A DNA stretch of 64,000 nucleotides, from NCBI RefSeq assembly GCF_009914755.1, contig NC_060938.1; one strand, 5' to 3'. Positions within the stretch are counted from its first letter, which is position 1; each line of letters starts with the position of its first letter. The notes below the pieces were generated by a model, which was not told where the DNA came from, ran no database searches, and was given only the letters and a program-made list of their open reading frames with translations. The position numbers were made by a program, and so were the translations under genes. Origin of the DNA: the human T2T-CHM13v2.0 reference genome, Homo sapiens. Below are positions 40,215-54,146 of this stretch, piece after piece.

Positions 40215-41900
40215 GGGTAGATCAAATTTTAGGACCCAATTCTTTGTCTGTACTTGTATCTGCATCTTTGCCATGTGGCTTTCTAAATCCTAACCCTAGA
40301 TGTACTTCTCCACCTCTTGATTTTGAGCTTGGCCATGTAATTTGGTTTGATAACGAAGTGTTAGCAAAATATGACTGAAGCAGAATAGGGAAATGTGCTC
40401 ACGTGTTTGAACTTGCCATTTTGTGCTCTGTCCACCATGAGAACAACTGAACCCAGGAAGCTTACTAGTCTCAGAAGAATGAGGCATGCAGAATAGACTA
40501 AACTATATATGTAGCTGGGAATTACATCTAGTTAAACCTTGCTGGTATCAGAAGACCTACGCTAGCTGACTTGCAGACACATAAATAGGAATAAATGATT
40601 ATTTCAACTCATTGAGTTTTGGGGTGTTATGGCATACAACTTTACTATAGCCATAACTGACAATTGCAGAAGTTGCTCCCAGGAAATTAGGCGTTACTCT
40701 TAAGAAAAACCTAAAATATGATTTTGACCAAGGCTACAAGTGACAAGAAAACTACAATAATTGGCCAGAAGAACAGTGAGAAAACTATTATAGGACACTA
40801 GAAAAATTGTGACTTACAATATGTAGTACTGAAACATTTAATACAACTAATGCCTGCAACTGGAAAAAGGATTATATATGTGATAAACATCTAGAGGTAC
40901 TACAAGGAAACGATGGAATCAGAAAAGAAAGAGCCAATTTGCAAACAGTATTTAGGAGTAGCAGAGACAGTTCAGAATTGCAGAGTTGCTAAATGAAACT
41001 GTTTTTCACCAAATTAAAGATGTAGCCATTAAAATACAGCCTCAAGGAAAAGGCCTAATTCAGAGCATTACCATTAAAAGTCATCTCAGGAAAAATATTC
41101 AGTGAAGGATGTTGTCATTAAACCTTTCATTAAAACGTCTAAAATAATTAACATACCTTGTAGATCATGTCTCTAAAAACTAACTAGCTTGCTCTTCAAC
41201 AGGAGATAAGTGGTGCTAGAATGATTAAAGTAGTATTTTTATCAAAATATAATATATCTAAAGTACCTATAGTTGAGTCTAGAGAGAGAGGCATTTGGAA
41301 AGAATTATGGACGTTGATTTTGGCAAAGAGAGTTGACCTCAAAATACATAGAAAACTCATAACCTTGTAAAACTAAAATTCTATTAGCAAAAAAGCACTG
41401 CCATCTAGACTAGAAGAGATTGAGAGTTCCACTAAAGACTTCTTAGTCTCCAAATTTCTACAAGTGGTTAGCAGGTTGCCAAAAAAAGATGTATGTACCA
41501 ATTCCCTCTTTATAACTGTCCAAGGAATATGATGAAAAAGAAATGAACTTCCAGAAGGCAGAGGATGAGAACAATGATCTATGGTCATACCCCCAAATTT
41601 TAAGTCAAGGAATATTTCCTAGCCCCAGGTAATGCCAAGTGGGATTTCAGAATTGCTATGGACAAGAGACTGCTAAATACCTCCTATTCTTCCCTTTTTA
41701 AATGAAATAATTTATTGTTGTTATGTTGTCTCTCTTTAACATTATGTGACAGATTATTTGACTTTTTAGTTCATAGGTCTGTAGATTCAGAGGCACTGCA
41801 TGTAGAGTTCATCTAGATCATGAGATCCTGGACTTGGAGCCTGAAATCATGATGTGGTTGAAACTTTTGCAGGTTTCATGATGAGGAAAGGATAAAAAAT
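40215..41900 (+). mobile_element. MLT1H-like LTR (to ~40667) followed by MaLR internal sequence
   Basis: ttgagcttggccatgtaatttggtttg...aataaatgattatttcaactcattgagttttgggg...tagccataactgac, then internal-like ggatttcagaattgctatggacaagagactgc. Confidence 0.65.
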
Positions 41901-42817
41901 TAGATGCTTGTAGGAAGACATGATTTTAACTTCTAAATATATAGCTAAGAATGAAATCGTAGCATAGTGGTTAAGAGTGTACCAAAAACCTAAACAAGGA
42001 TTTTAACCACTTACTAACTCCTGGTTGTACTTTATATTTAAAATGGTAGTAATAACATGTAATGATTAGTTATATGTTATAATAAGTATATAGTGTAAGT
42101 ATATAGTGTACTATATGCAAAGCCCCAGTACAGGGTTGGCCCACCAGTGATTCAGTATATTGTGATCCATATTATTCTCAACTGAATTACTGGTTTTAAT
42201 TCATTTTATGCCTACCTTTGGCATAGTAAAAGAACTGCATTTTCATTGATGTGATAGTCATGAGATACACATGATTTTAAAAGCTGATAAAAATGTCCAA
42301 CTGTAATTATTTTCTTAGGTATAATTCTATTATTAATGCAGAAATTCAAGCTGTTAGAATGTCCTATTTTTAATGACAATAATGATCTACTTGTATAGCT
42401 ATGCTAGCAATATCTGCTAATTCCAACTGTAAATTCTGGATATTAAGCTTTTGTATTACTAACTACAAGAAAAGCATATTATTAATGGTTAAGAGAAGGC
42501 ATATTTAATAAAATGATTTCAGGCCCAAATTTCTCTTTGAAATATTTCTTGGAAATACACATTCTTTAAGAGTTTCCATTTGTAAAGCAGGTACAGTAGT
42601 TAGTTTTGCAATAATCATATTGGTTTTCTATTTTTAATTTTTGAAAATAACCATTCAACGATTCTTTTGTACAACAAATGCTGTAACAGCACTTACAATG
42701 TCCTATTAATCACTCTATTATAATTATTAAAATGACAGTCCAATTTAGCCAACTTTGGAGCATTTCTTTCAGAAGCATATCACAAATTTTAAAGGGTGCC
42801 TGCTCCTTACTTTTACT

Positions 42818-42863
42818 ACACACACACACACACACACGCACACACACACGCACAGCCACACAC
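42818..42863. repeat. (CA)n microsatellite
   Basis: Read directly. Confidence 0.9.
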
Positions 42864-43581
42864 CCACTCAAGTTTGGGGAGAAGAGCAAGTCCATGTAAG
42901 AAACCCTGATTATACATAATGTGGAACTGTTGTTATTAACTTTTGTAGGTAAATAAGAAATTTGTGTTACATCTGTTACTAAAAGAAGCAAAAATACATA
43001 TACGTAGGCTAATATTACTGAGCAAATACGACAAACACAAGAACCTTGTAATGGACTATCTCTTTCTAACACCCATGTTTACAGGTTTGGAAGTGCTATG
43101 GTTTTAGAAGCCTTATGATCAGCTATTCCTATCCAGACTGTGGCAAAAGAGTCCTTGAATTCCTGTCTATTGATAATTGATGGGCAATTAGGCTTGTTCC
43201 AAATTCACTCTTGCAACTTCGTGTGTAAGGAGACTTGCATCAAATGGTAAAGGCTAATAATAGTCCACAAAAAGTTTATTTGGCAGTAACTACAGGAATG
43301 CACAAAGGCTAGCCTCTTGGAGAGTGGTCATATGTTTCATCTTACCTGTTTTACTCAGAACATCTCATCTATAATACTTTCCTCGGGAGCAAGAAATATT
43401 AACTATTAGGACAACTGTAGCCCTTGGCCCAATTGCTATTTCTCAGCCTGTGGTAACTATGGAAATTATCTCCCATCCGAAACTCCTACTTGATGCTGAG
43501 CAGTAAAGAATATTCTGACTTGTGTCATGTAAATGGTAGTGGTGTGTTACTTCAGTTCATTACGAATTATGTCCCATATAT

Positions 43582-43908
43582 CAGCAGTCTCCAATCATTT
43601 TGGCAGCAGGGACCGATTTTGTGGAAGACAATTTTTTCACAGATGGCAGAGAGGATGGTTTCTGGATGAAACTCTTTTACCTCGGATCACCAGACATTAG
43701 ATTCTCATAAGGAGTGCAACCTAGATTATTCACATATTAGTTCACAATAGGGTTAGCTCTCCTGTGAGAATTGAATGCCACCGCTGATCTGACAGGAGGT
43801 CGGGCTCAGGTGGTAATGCTTGGGCACTGCTCACTTCCTGCTGTGCGACACAGTTTCTAACAGGCCATGGACCGGTACTGGTCCTTGGCCCAGGGGTTGG
43901 GGACCCCG
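43582..43908 (+). mobile_element. MER1B hAT-Charlie MITE
   Basis: cagcagtctccaatcattttggcagcagggaccg...ggcccaggggttggggacccc; 8-bp TSD ccatatat/ctatatat. Confidence 0.9.
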
Positions 43909-43964
43909 CTATATATAATAGACAGGACAAATCACAGACACATACACTTTTTAAATATATCCTA

Positions 43965-44252
<288 letters not shown>

Positions 44253-44794
44253 CCAAAATATATATATATATATTCTATGCAGTTTATAGTAAGTACTTCT
44301 GTATTTTTGGCATGTTTTATTTTCTTTCATATAAGGCCTCTGGTATCTTATTTGTATTTTTATTCATGGAAAGGAACTGCTGCTATTCATATTTTGATAT
44401 ATAATTATAATTAATTATCAGTTATTTCCCTTCCCCGTTTCTTAGGCCCATCACTACTCAAAGAATTTCTGTCACCATTAGTACAATTGTAGCACATGGT
44501 ACATATAAATTATCTGACACTCTTCTTTAAACTTGCCTTGTGACAAAGCTTTACTCAAGGGTGGGAAAATAAGGTGAAAAACTCTTAGCTCAAAAACTGT
44601 CAAATCTTAAGCAATTATTCAACCAGTAAATTCTAGAATGCATGGAGTCTTGTGCTAGTGGATAAATGAGCTTCTTTGGAGATCTGACTTCACATCAATT
44701 GCTCTGTCTCAGCACTCTGGTTTTTTAAGGGAACTAGTTGGTCCATTTGACCCCCAGAGACAACCTAGTAGGCAGCCAGCATGAGGTTTTAATA

Positions 44795-44915
44795 ACATAT
44801 GAATTAATTAATAAGGCCTCTCTAGTTAGCAGAAGTGTTGGATTTAGAGGCATTTAATAAGATTAGACTTTCAAACATTATTTGGTGCATTAATTCAAAT
44901 ATGCAAATTAGCATA
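44795..44915. promoter_or_regulatory. Candidate enhancer: POU/homeodomain motif cluster
   Basis: ATGAATTAATTAAT (44799-44812), TGCATTAATTCA (44886-44897), perfect octamer ATGCAAAT (44901-44908) overlapping ATTAGCAT. Confidence 0.3.
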
Positions 44916-45282
44916 GCCTAGAGACCCAGGAAGGGAAAAAAGTGAGGGCAGATAGGAATAAAATTAAATTTTGGAAAGATATTTTAGAAAATACACTCAC
45001 AACCTGAAATTGAGAGGTAGAATTAGAATTGTTCAGCTTATTAAAACTTCCTTCTATTAGTATGTAAGACTACAGTAGATTGGTAAATTTGCAGGCAGAT
45101 ATATATTTAAAATTAGAAATTATCATCTTTTTGCAGGCATTAAAATTGAGTCTACCACATAGTCCTCTCTTGTAATTGCTTCCAATAATGCAGCATCTTT
45201 ATTCTTAAAAGATTAAAAATAGTACTGCTTTCTATGAATTATAATTAAAGATTTTTACTGTATAACTTGTTTGGTATTTCAG

Positions 45283-45397
45283 GTGCATCATGCTAATGCC
45301 TATATGTTTATTCCTGCTACCTCCAATAGTTCACTGATAATTCAGATTCAGACCAATGGAGAAACCATGGGAGGAAAAAAACAAACTTTTACTCTGA
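45283..45397 (+). other. Candidate 115-nt exon
   Basis: Acceptor cttgtttggtatttcag|G, donor tga|gtaagt; frame 0 is fully open (VHHANAYMFIP...QTFTL), the phase-2 frame ends CIMLMPICLFLLPPIVH*; AATAAA at 45428. Confidence 0.45.
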
Positions 45398-46109
45398 GTA
45401 AGTAACACCATTAAAATCAAGTTTGCAAATAAAAATTAAATATAATTTAAAGTATTTCCTGCCAAGCACTTCAAAAATGTAATCTTTAGTACATTTTGAG
45501 GTAGCAAGCATTTTTTAAAACTGTAGTTAGTAAATTAAAGCTAAAATAAAATTTTAAAAGAGCCTGTTTCCACCATGTTGTAAATGGAAGTTATTATAAT
45601 TCAATATTAGATATGACTCAGTTAATTCTACCTCAGCCAAAGCTCTGATATTTTAGAGAACAGCAGATGTTACCCTTTCTAGTACCCCATTAATATACCT
45701 AGTCAGTTTTTCCACTATTATCCCTCGGGCAGAGAATAAAGGCATATTTTCTTTTCTGTTTCTTAAGCAAACCCACTTGCTCCCTGAAGCAGAAGATTTA
45801 ATTATCCTTATTGCATTATATTTGCTTGAATAGCTACAGAAATTATTAATGGGCATAACATTTTCTGATCTTTTTCATGAAATTCAACTATGATATTTAT
45901 GCTGATTTAATTACCTCTAGCACATTAATTAGTCTAGCAGTAAGAACTAAGGACTTAGGATTTATAACAAGTGTGATTTGTTTCTGTTGATCATTATGAT
46001 GTGTTACAGCTTAGATACAGAATTCATGTATGTATATATGTGTCTGGAAAGAAGGGAGAGGTGACATACTACATTAACTAGCTGCTCATGGAAATATTTA
46101 TCAAGAAAA

Positions 46110-46350
46110 CACCCTGAATCTCGCAGTGGGTGCTAGATCAAATACTAAATGACTATATGGCCTTAGGGAAATAATTTAAATTCTGTATCTCAAATTCCAT
46201 CATTTGCAAAGAGGAAATAATTATAATATTTATGCTATTGGGTTTTTTAAAGTATTAAATAGATTAATGCACATAAAGCACCAAAAGCAATATCCAGTAC
46301 ATCATATGTCGCACATAAGTGTCATTTGCTGTTATTGTTTTTATTATTAT
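46110..46350 (+). mobile_element. MIR
   Basis: ctatatggccttagggaaataatttaaattctgtatctcaaattccatcatttgcaaagagg...attaaatagattaatgcacataaagcac. Confidence 0.75.
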
Positions 46351-46440
46351 TATTAAAGATAAGGAGACTAGATAGGCTTTGAAAAATATATGATGAATTT
46401 GTTTTCAGTCACTTTGAGTGCTAAATAGAAATTCACTTCC

Positions 46441-47416
<976 letters not shown>

Positions 47417-47840
47417 AGAAACTCACTTCCACACAGACCTCAAATAATTCATATGCTTAAAAACTCCAGAAAATGTGAGCATTCACAGGAGGAAATCAGA
47501 AAACTGATAAAATACAAAATATCACAAACAAGATCCATCAAAAACAATACTAAGCAAACTCAGAAATATAATAACGTGAAATATTGAATTTAATAGACAC
47601 AGTTTAAAACAAGTACCTCTTAAATAAATAAATGGAGGGATTAAAAATATGAGCACACACAATAGGTGATAAAAGTGACCAAACATATTCAAAACAGAAT
47701 AAAACATAAATTCCAGAAATGAAAACTCTATTTATTAAAATAAAAAATACTTATGTTATTTTGCAGATATTTATTCTGTCAAAACATGAATATATTATTT
47801 TTTATCAAATATATTTCATAGTTTAAATGAAAGTTAAGCA

Positions 47841-48730
47841 CGTATTAATTTTCAGAGTTGCATACAAATATAGCAGTATAAAACACCACACATTTATTAT
47901 CTCACAGTGTCTATGGGTGAGGAGTCTAGTTATGGTTTATCTCGGTCCTCTGCAAAGCTGCAATCAAAATGTTGGTCAGGACAGGGTTCTCATCTGGAGG
48001 CTTGATGGGGAACGTATTAGTCCTCTTTCACACTGTTGATAAAGACATACAAGAGACTGGGTAATTTATAAAGAAAAGAGGTTTAATGGACTCACACTTC
48101 CACATGGTTGGGGAGGCCTCACAATGATGGTGGATGGCAAAAGGCACGTCTTACGTGGTGGCAGGCAAGGGAGAATGAAAGCCACGCAAAAGAGGAAACC
48201 CCTTGTAAAGCCATCAGATCTCATGAGACTTATTCACTACCATGGAGAAACACAGTATGGGGGAAACTGCCCCCATGATTCAATTGTCTCCCACCAGGTC
48301 CCTCCACAACACGTGGGAATTATGGGAGCTGCAATTCAAGATGAGATTTGAGTGGAGACACAGCCAAACCATATCAGGGAATAAATTTGCTTTCAAGTTC
48401 ATTAAGGTCATTGCAGAAATTATTCCCTTGCAGTGGTAAGAGTCCCTGGCTTCTTGCTAGCTGGTGTCACAGGCCATCCTCAACTTCTTGCCTCATGGAC
48501 CTCCCAACATCATCATTTATTTTATCAAGCCAGTAAGGGGAGAGAGAGACTCCAGAGTGAGCCTGCAAACAAGATGAAATCTCATATTGTATAAAATAAT
48601 GTAGTCATGGAAGTGATATTTTAACACTTGGGCCATATTCTATTGGTTACAGGCAAGTCACAGGCCTCACCCACACTCAAGGGGAGGGAATTATACAAGG
48701 ACAAAGTACCAGAATGCAGGCATTATGAGG
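47841..48730 (-). mobile_element. MLT1E-like LTR split by THE1B
   Basis: catttattatctcacagtgtctatgggtgaggagtc...ccatattctattggttacaggcaagtcacagg...ctcaaggggagggaattatacaagg. Confidence 0.75.
48013..48376 (-). mobile_element. THE1B solo LTR
   Basis: cgtattagtc...gacacagccaaaccatatca; perfect 5-bp TSD gggaa (48008-48012, 48377-48381). Confidence 0.95.
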
Positions 48731-51109
48731 AAAAGGACCATTGGTGCTGCCATGAACATCATAGTGAAATATTTGATATAGTAAAACCTAGTCTTCAATT
48801 ATTAGATTGATGGACTCTGAGTAAAACAAGTAGAACTATATGTCTCTAAAGCAAAGGCCTACAAATACCTTTGCTGAAAGTGCTTTGTCAAAATTGCTGA
48901 TATAACAATAGTTGAGAGAAGGCATTTTTCTCTAAATTAGTTTTTGCTTTATCGATTATAAGGTTAGACTTTGGAAAATGACCATCAAAATCATTATATT
49001 TTATACTTTCATGTGTCAGTACATATCCACCTCACTCTTTGTTTCATATTGGGCAAGCTGACTGATCATTTTCGTGGATTGGCTTCTCAGTCAAATTATA
49101 TATTTTTTCAGATATGATTTCCAGTATATTCATTTACGTATTTACTTGAAGCCCCTAGTTTTCTTGAGTTAATCAATTATTTCAGTGTCTTGCAGACTCA
49201 ACTTCGAAAGGATGGAAATGTTTAAATTTTTCTTGTTGCATAAATGTGTAGAAATTTTGAAAAGAGTTTAAAAGCATAATCTTTCAGTGAAAACCTATTC
49301 TTAAAATTGTATAAATTAATTAAGAGATATAAGAAACAAAGTTTTTTATTTAAAACATTTTGGCTTCCTTTACCCTAACAGTGAATGCTAGTAATTCACA
49401 TCTGCAAAGAAAATAGCAAAATATAAAATGAGTATTAATATAGAAAAGATTTACGTGAATTCTAATGATTCAGGTATCATAAACAAATATACTTTTAAGA
49501 ATATTTTTTAAAGTGGTGAATAAATCAAACATTCACAATTTCAATTGCTGCGCATAAAAATATTTTTAAAGGAATATGTAGTGTGGCCTCTAATTTAATC
49601 CATTTCAAACATTTCTTATGACAGCCTGTAATTATATCCTTCACATGTTAGAAATTAGAGACAATGTATGCACTATAAATTTAAAAAGCACTTTTTAAAA
49701 TGAAAAAGTACAAATATAGAAAATGGCTTAAATTTCAAAATGTAATAGGTTTACCTCTTTGTCTGATTAAATGCGTTCCTTTCAGTACTTGGCATTATCC
49801 ATAATGATACTCGTCCCCAGAGGCTAAACACCTTAGCCTTATATGGGCACAGTTGTAAAGATTTAAGAAGTAAACTTGGAAAAGATCTGTTTATTGACAG
49901 GAAGTATCTGCCCTTTATTTTCTGATACACAAGGGCATCAGAATATTATGATAATTATAGAATAGAGATTGCTGCACAGGTTTGATTTATTGGGCTGCAA
50001 AAAAAAAAATCAGTGGTGATGCCTCACGTATTGTATAATTTCACGTAGCTACATCTGTCTGACCCATCTCTTAGCTAATCATATGTTGAATGGAAAGGAG
50101 ACTGAAGCACTGACAAGGTATCAAGTGGTATCTTCTGGTGACAGGAGAAAATGAATAGGCACACCAGTATTTAATGATATGCCTGGAAGCAATTTTCTGC
50201 CACTGAAAAAGTTAAAACTAAGGGACAAAATATATTCCTTCTGTCCTGATAGGAGGCTCACTGAAATTAATAAAAGTTTCAGAAACAAAGAAAAAAACTC
50301 TGTTCAGTGTTTCCATTCTAGAATTGTTACGCTGTGAGAAGTTTTAGAGGAGTTTTAACATGATTGGAGAAAAATGTTCGGTCCAAGTGATTTCCAAAGG
50401 GAAATCACTTGATATTTCGAAGAGATTTTCAAAGTTCAAAGAAGTCATATTAAGGGATGCTTTAAAGTTTTATTTGAACAAATTTCAAGGCTAAACATTT
50501 TGAAAACAATTGGCTAAAGGGCACCTATTTCAAAGACTTGAAACAACTCTCTGGTAATAATGAATTATGACATTTCCCTTCATTATTAATATACACCCCT
50601 TGGAAAAACAATGTTGCCTAGTTGTGTCTTTACATTTTTATATTGTGTAGGAATTCATGAGACTCAAGATTTTAAAGTAAAGGAAAAAAATAGTATGAGG
50701 TTGCACAACAGAGTGAACTGAAAGGAGTATTTGTGTAGGATAAAGAAGATATGGAATTTTATTTACATAAATGTGAACTGTGTCACCGTCATTCAGAAAA
50801 ATCAGTTATTCCATTTGTGCATAAGTCCCTTAATCTGTAAAACACATACACTAAAATAAATAATCTCGTCTAGGATAAAAATAAAATTCGATTTGAGTCG
50901 GTGAATTCCAAAATATTTGTTTCCTGTTGTCAAAGATTTTTGGTAAATTTTTACAAAATCACATACGTTCAAAGACTTAGGATATTTAAGTTATATACTT
51001 GGTACACTTATTCGATATAGCTTCAAAGTTTATATTGTAACTCCTAACAGTTTGTGTTAACAAATTAAACACTTTTTATGAGCTTTGTATATGTTTTAAA
51101 AAATGACTA

Positions 51110-52620
51110 ACTCAGTAGTAGAAAGCACCACTTGTACACAGATTGTGATCCCTAAATGGTATTATCAAAAAGAGAGGGAAAAAAAAGGAGTTAGATCTCA
51201 GAAAAAAGACTGACTTCGGGTCTGGAACAGAAAATGTACAAGATGATCCTTGAAACATATTGTCATATAAGAAATATAGAAAAATATAAAAATACATGAT
51301 TGCCAAAAAAAAAAAAGAAAATTAGGAGCCTATGTGAATAGGCTCCCATTGCTCAGATATGGGACAATTTGACCAACATAACAAAAATAACATATTTTAA
51401 AATTTTAATGTTTATCATATATTTTTAAGTCATAATGATACTTTAAAAGACGCTGGGCTAGTGCAATGGCTCACTCTTGTAATCCCCACAGTTTGGGAAG
51501 GGGAGGTGGGTAAATCAGTTGAGCCCAGGAATTTGAGACTAGCTGGGCAACATGGCAAAGTCCTGGCTCTCAAAAAAAAAAAAAGTATATATACAAAAAT
51601 TAGCTGGGTGTGGTGGCACATGCTTATATTCCCTGCTACTGGGGCTGAAGAGGTAGGGGGGCAGAGGTGGAGGATTGCTTGAGCCCAGGAGGCCAAGGCT
51701 GCAGTAAGCCATAATTGTGCCATTGCATTCCAGCCTGGGTGACAGAGTGAGATCCTGTCTCAAACAAACAAACTAAACAAATAACAAAATAAAATAAAAT
51801 TAAATTAAAATTAAATATGCTAATTATTCAGTGTTGAAGAATATTAGTAAATCAGTTCATTATTTCGAAACCTGATAACGTGAAAAATAAGCAAGAATAA
51901 TCAATAAGAGTGAGTTTTTTTAATGCAAAAGTTCCAGGTAATTGAAGAAAGAATGGTAGAATTAGAATATAAATAGTCTGCAATGCCTACTTAGTTCATT
52001 GGATCTAAGCAGTGATCATGAATCATCACCTGTAAAGCACCTGCCTCCCCAAAATCTTAGTGGAATTTAATCTAAACTTAATGTTTATTTTATAGGAAAT
52101 GTAGAGGGTAGAGGTGTGTGTGTAAGTATACCACAGGAATGCAATGAGCAAAATCCAGATGGAGAAATATTCTGTAGGACTAAATACCTGTTTCCCTCAA
52201 CAAATATGTAGTTAGAAGGAAAATATAGATATTGAAGAAATATGAGACATGTCAACTGATCATAAAATGTGGACCTTATTTGACTTCTGTCTCAAACAAA
52301 CTAAAACAGAAACATGACATTTATGACAAACGATTGGAAATTTGACCACTGATAAGGTATTTAAAGATAATAAGAAATCAACTTTTTTTATAAAAGTAAT
52401 ATGTTTTTAAAGCTCTATCATTGAGAGATTTAGTAAAATATTTATGGATGGAATAACATGATATCTGAGATTTACTTCATAATGATATGGATTTGGAAAA
52501 TGGGTGAGTTCACAAGTCTCATGAATTGATAATTGTTGAAACTCTATGAAGGGTACATGGAGGTTCATTTCATATGATGTCTACTTCAATGTGTCAAATT
52601 GATCCTTAGTAAAAGTTTTA
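51110..52620 (+). mobile_element. L1MC3/4-like 3' region, split by an AluJ
   Basis: gtctggaacagaaaatgtacaagatgatccttgaaacat...tgtggaccttatttgac...catgaattgataattgttgaaactc. Confidence 0.7.
51455..51800 (+). mobile_element. AluJ
   Basis: Dimeric Alu with J diagnostics (gaggattgcttgagcccaggagg...aggctgcagt) and a degenerate A-rich tail. Confidence 0.92.
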
Positions 52621-52687
52621 ACTACATACATGTTTTTACTCAATAGCCCATTATGTCAAAGTGCAGCTCCTGACATAAATAAATAAA

Positions 52688-52755
52688 TATATATATATAT
52701 ACACACACACACACGTATATATACACATATATAGTGTATATACAAATATATGTAC

Positions 52756-52788
<33 letters not shown>
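52688..52788. repeat. (TA)n/(CA)n compound microsatellite
   Basis: Read directly. Confidence 0.9.
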
Positions 52789-53399
52789 TTCATCTGTATT
52801 TTTTATTGCAACTTGGATCCTAGAAAACAGCTTAATTTAGTCAAGGTTTATTTTATGAAAAAATGCCTCTTTAAAATACATAAAAACAAGTTAGTAAACT
52901 CCTCCTGTAGAGATTGTTTTAAATTGTTAGTTCAGATGAACAGAAATGTACTATATTCCCCTAGACTTCTAAATTTATAAGAAGATATTAAAGAGTCCAC
53001 ATGTGACACATTTAAATTCTATACTTAATTTGTCACAGTTATAAATTTATACTCCTTTTTATTATTTACATTTTTATTTTAAGCTTTTATCTATATTTAT
53101 TTACATTACCCCCTTTTATTCTTTCATTGTAAAATTAATATAAGGAAAATTATGAAAATATTAGGATCTTGGTGTATCACTTCCAAAGGCAAACTTGTTT
53201 ATTATTTTAAGTTTGTAATACTCACTCAAATTCTGATACCCTGAACTTCATAGTAATCTAAAGCAATGTTTGTAGTAAATGAGATCTAGATCTTACAGTA
53301 TTTCTGTGATATTTAAGACAATCATTGTTGGTTATAAAATGTCAAGAACCACATCGTGTATTTAAGAAAAACAAATATAAACATAGCCATACTTCATAT

Positions 53400-54070
53400 A
53401 TCTCTATATTCATGGATTATACATAGTCTGGAGTTGCTTTTTGTGCTTCTTTATCTAATTTTCTGAACTAGAATCTTAGGTTATTAATTTTAGATCTTTC
53501 TACTTTTTAAATATATGCTGAATGCTATACTTTTCCCTCCCAGGACTGCTTTAGTTGAGTTTTGCAAATTTTAATTAGTTGTACTTTTATTTTTTACTTA
53601 AAATATTTATAAACTCATATGGGGACTTCTTTGACTCATGGGTTATTTAGAAGTGCATTGTTTAATTTCCAAATTGTTGGGAATTTTTATCTATCTTTCT
53701 ATTATTGATGTCTAAATTAATTCCACTGTAGACAGACAATATAATTTCTATTGTTTTAAAATTGTTAAGGTATATTTTATGGCCTGGAATGCAGTCTATC
53801 TTGGTGAACATTCAATGTAAGCTTGAGAGTATTTATTCTGCTGTTGACCAGAGAAATCTACAGGTGTAATTTAGATCAAGTTTATTGCTGTTCAGGTCAT
53901 ACATATTCATCTTTATTTTTTGACTAATTGATCTATAACTACTGACAGGACTGTTGATGTCTCTGACTATAATAGTGGATTTGGTTATTTTTCTTTTCAG
54001 TTCTATCAGTTTTTTTCCTCATATATTTTGATGCTCAGTTGTTAGGTTCGTACTCATTTAACTTGTTTTT
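53400..54070 (-). mobile_element. Old L1M (L1MD/ME) ORF2 5' region fragment
   Basis: ttatttagaagtgcattgtttaatttccaaa...gtctatcttggtgaacattcaatgtaagcttgag...gactataatagtggatttg. Confidence 0.75.
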
Positions 54071-54146
54071 TAGTGACGTCATTAGATTTTATAAAATACA
54101 TTTTAACTAATCTAAACCTTTCATATTTTTTTGTGATCTCACACTG

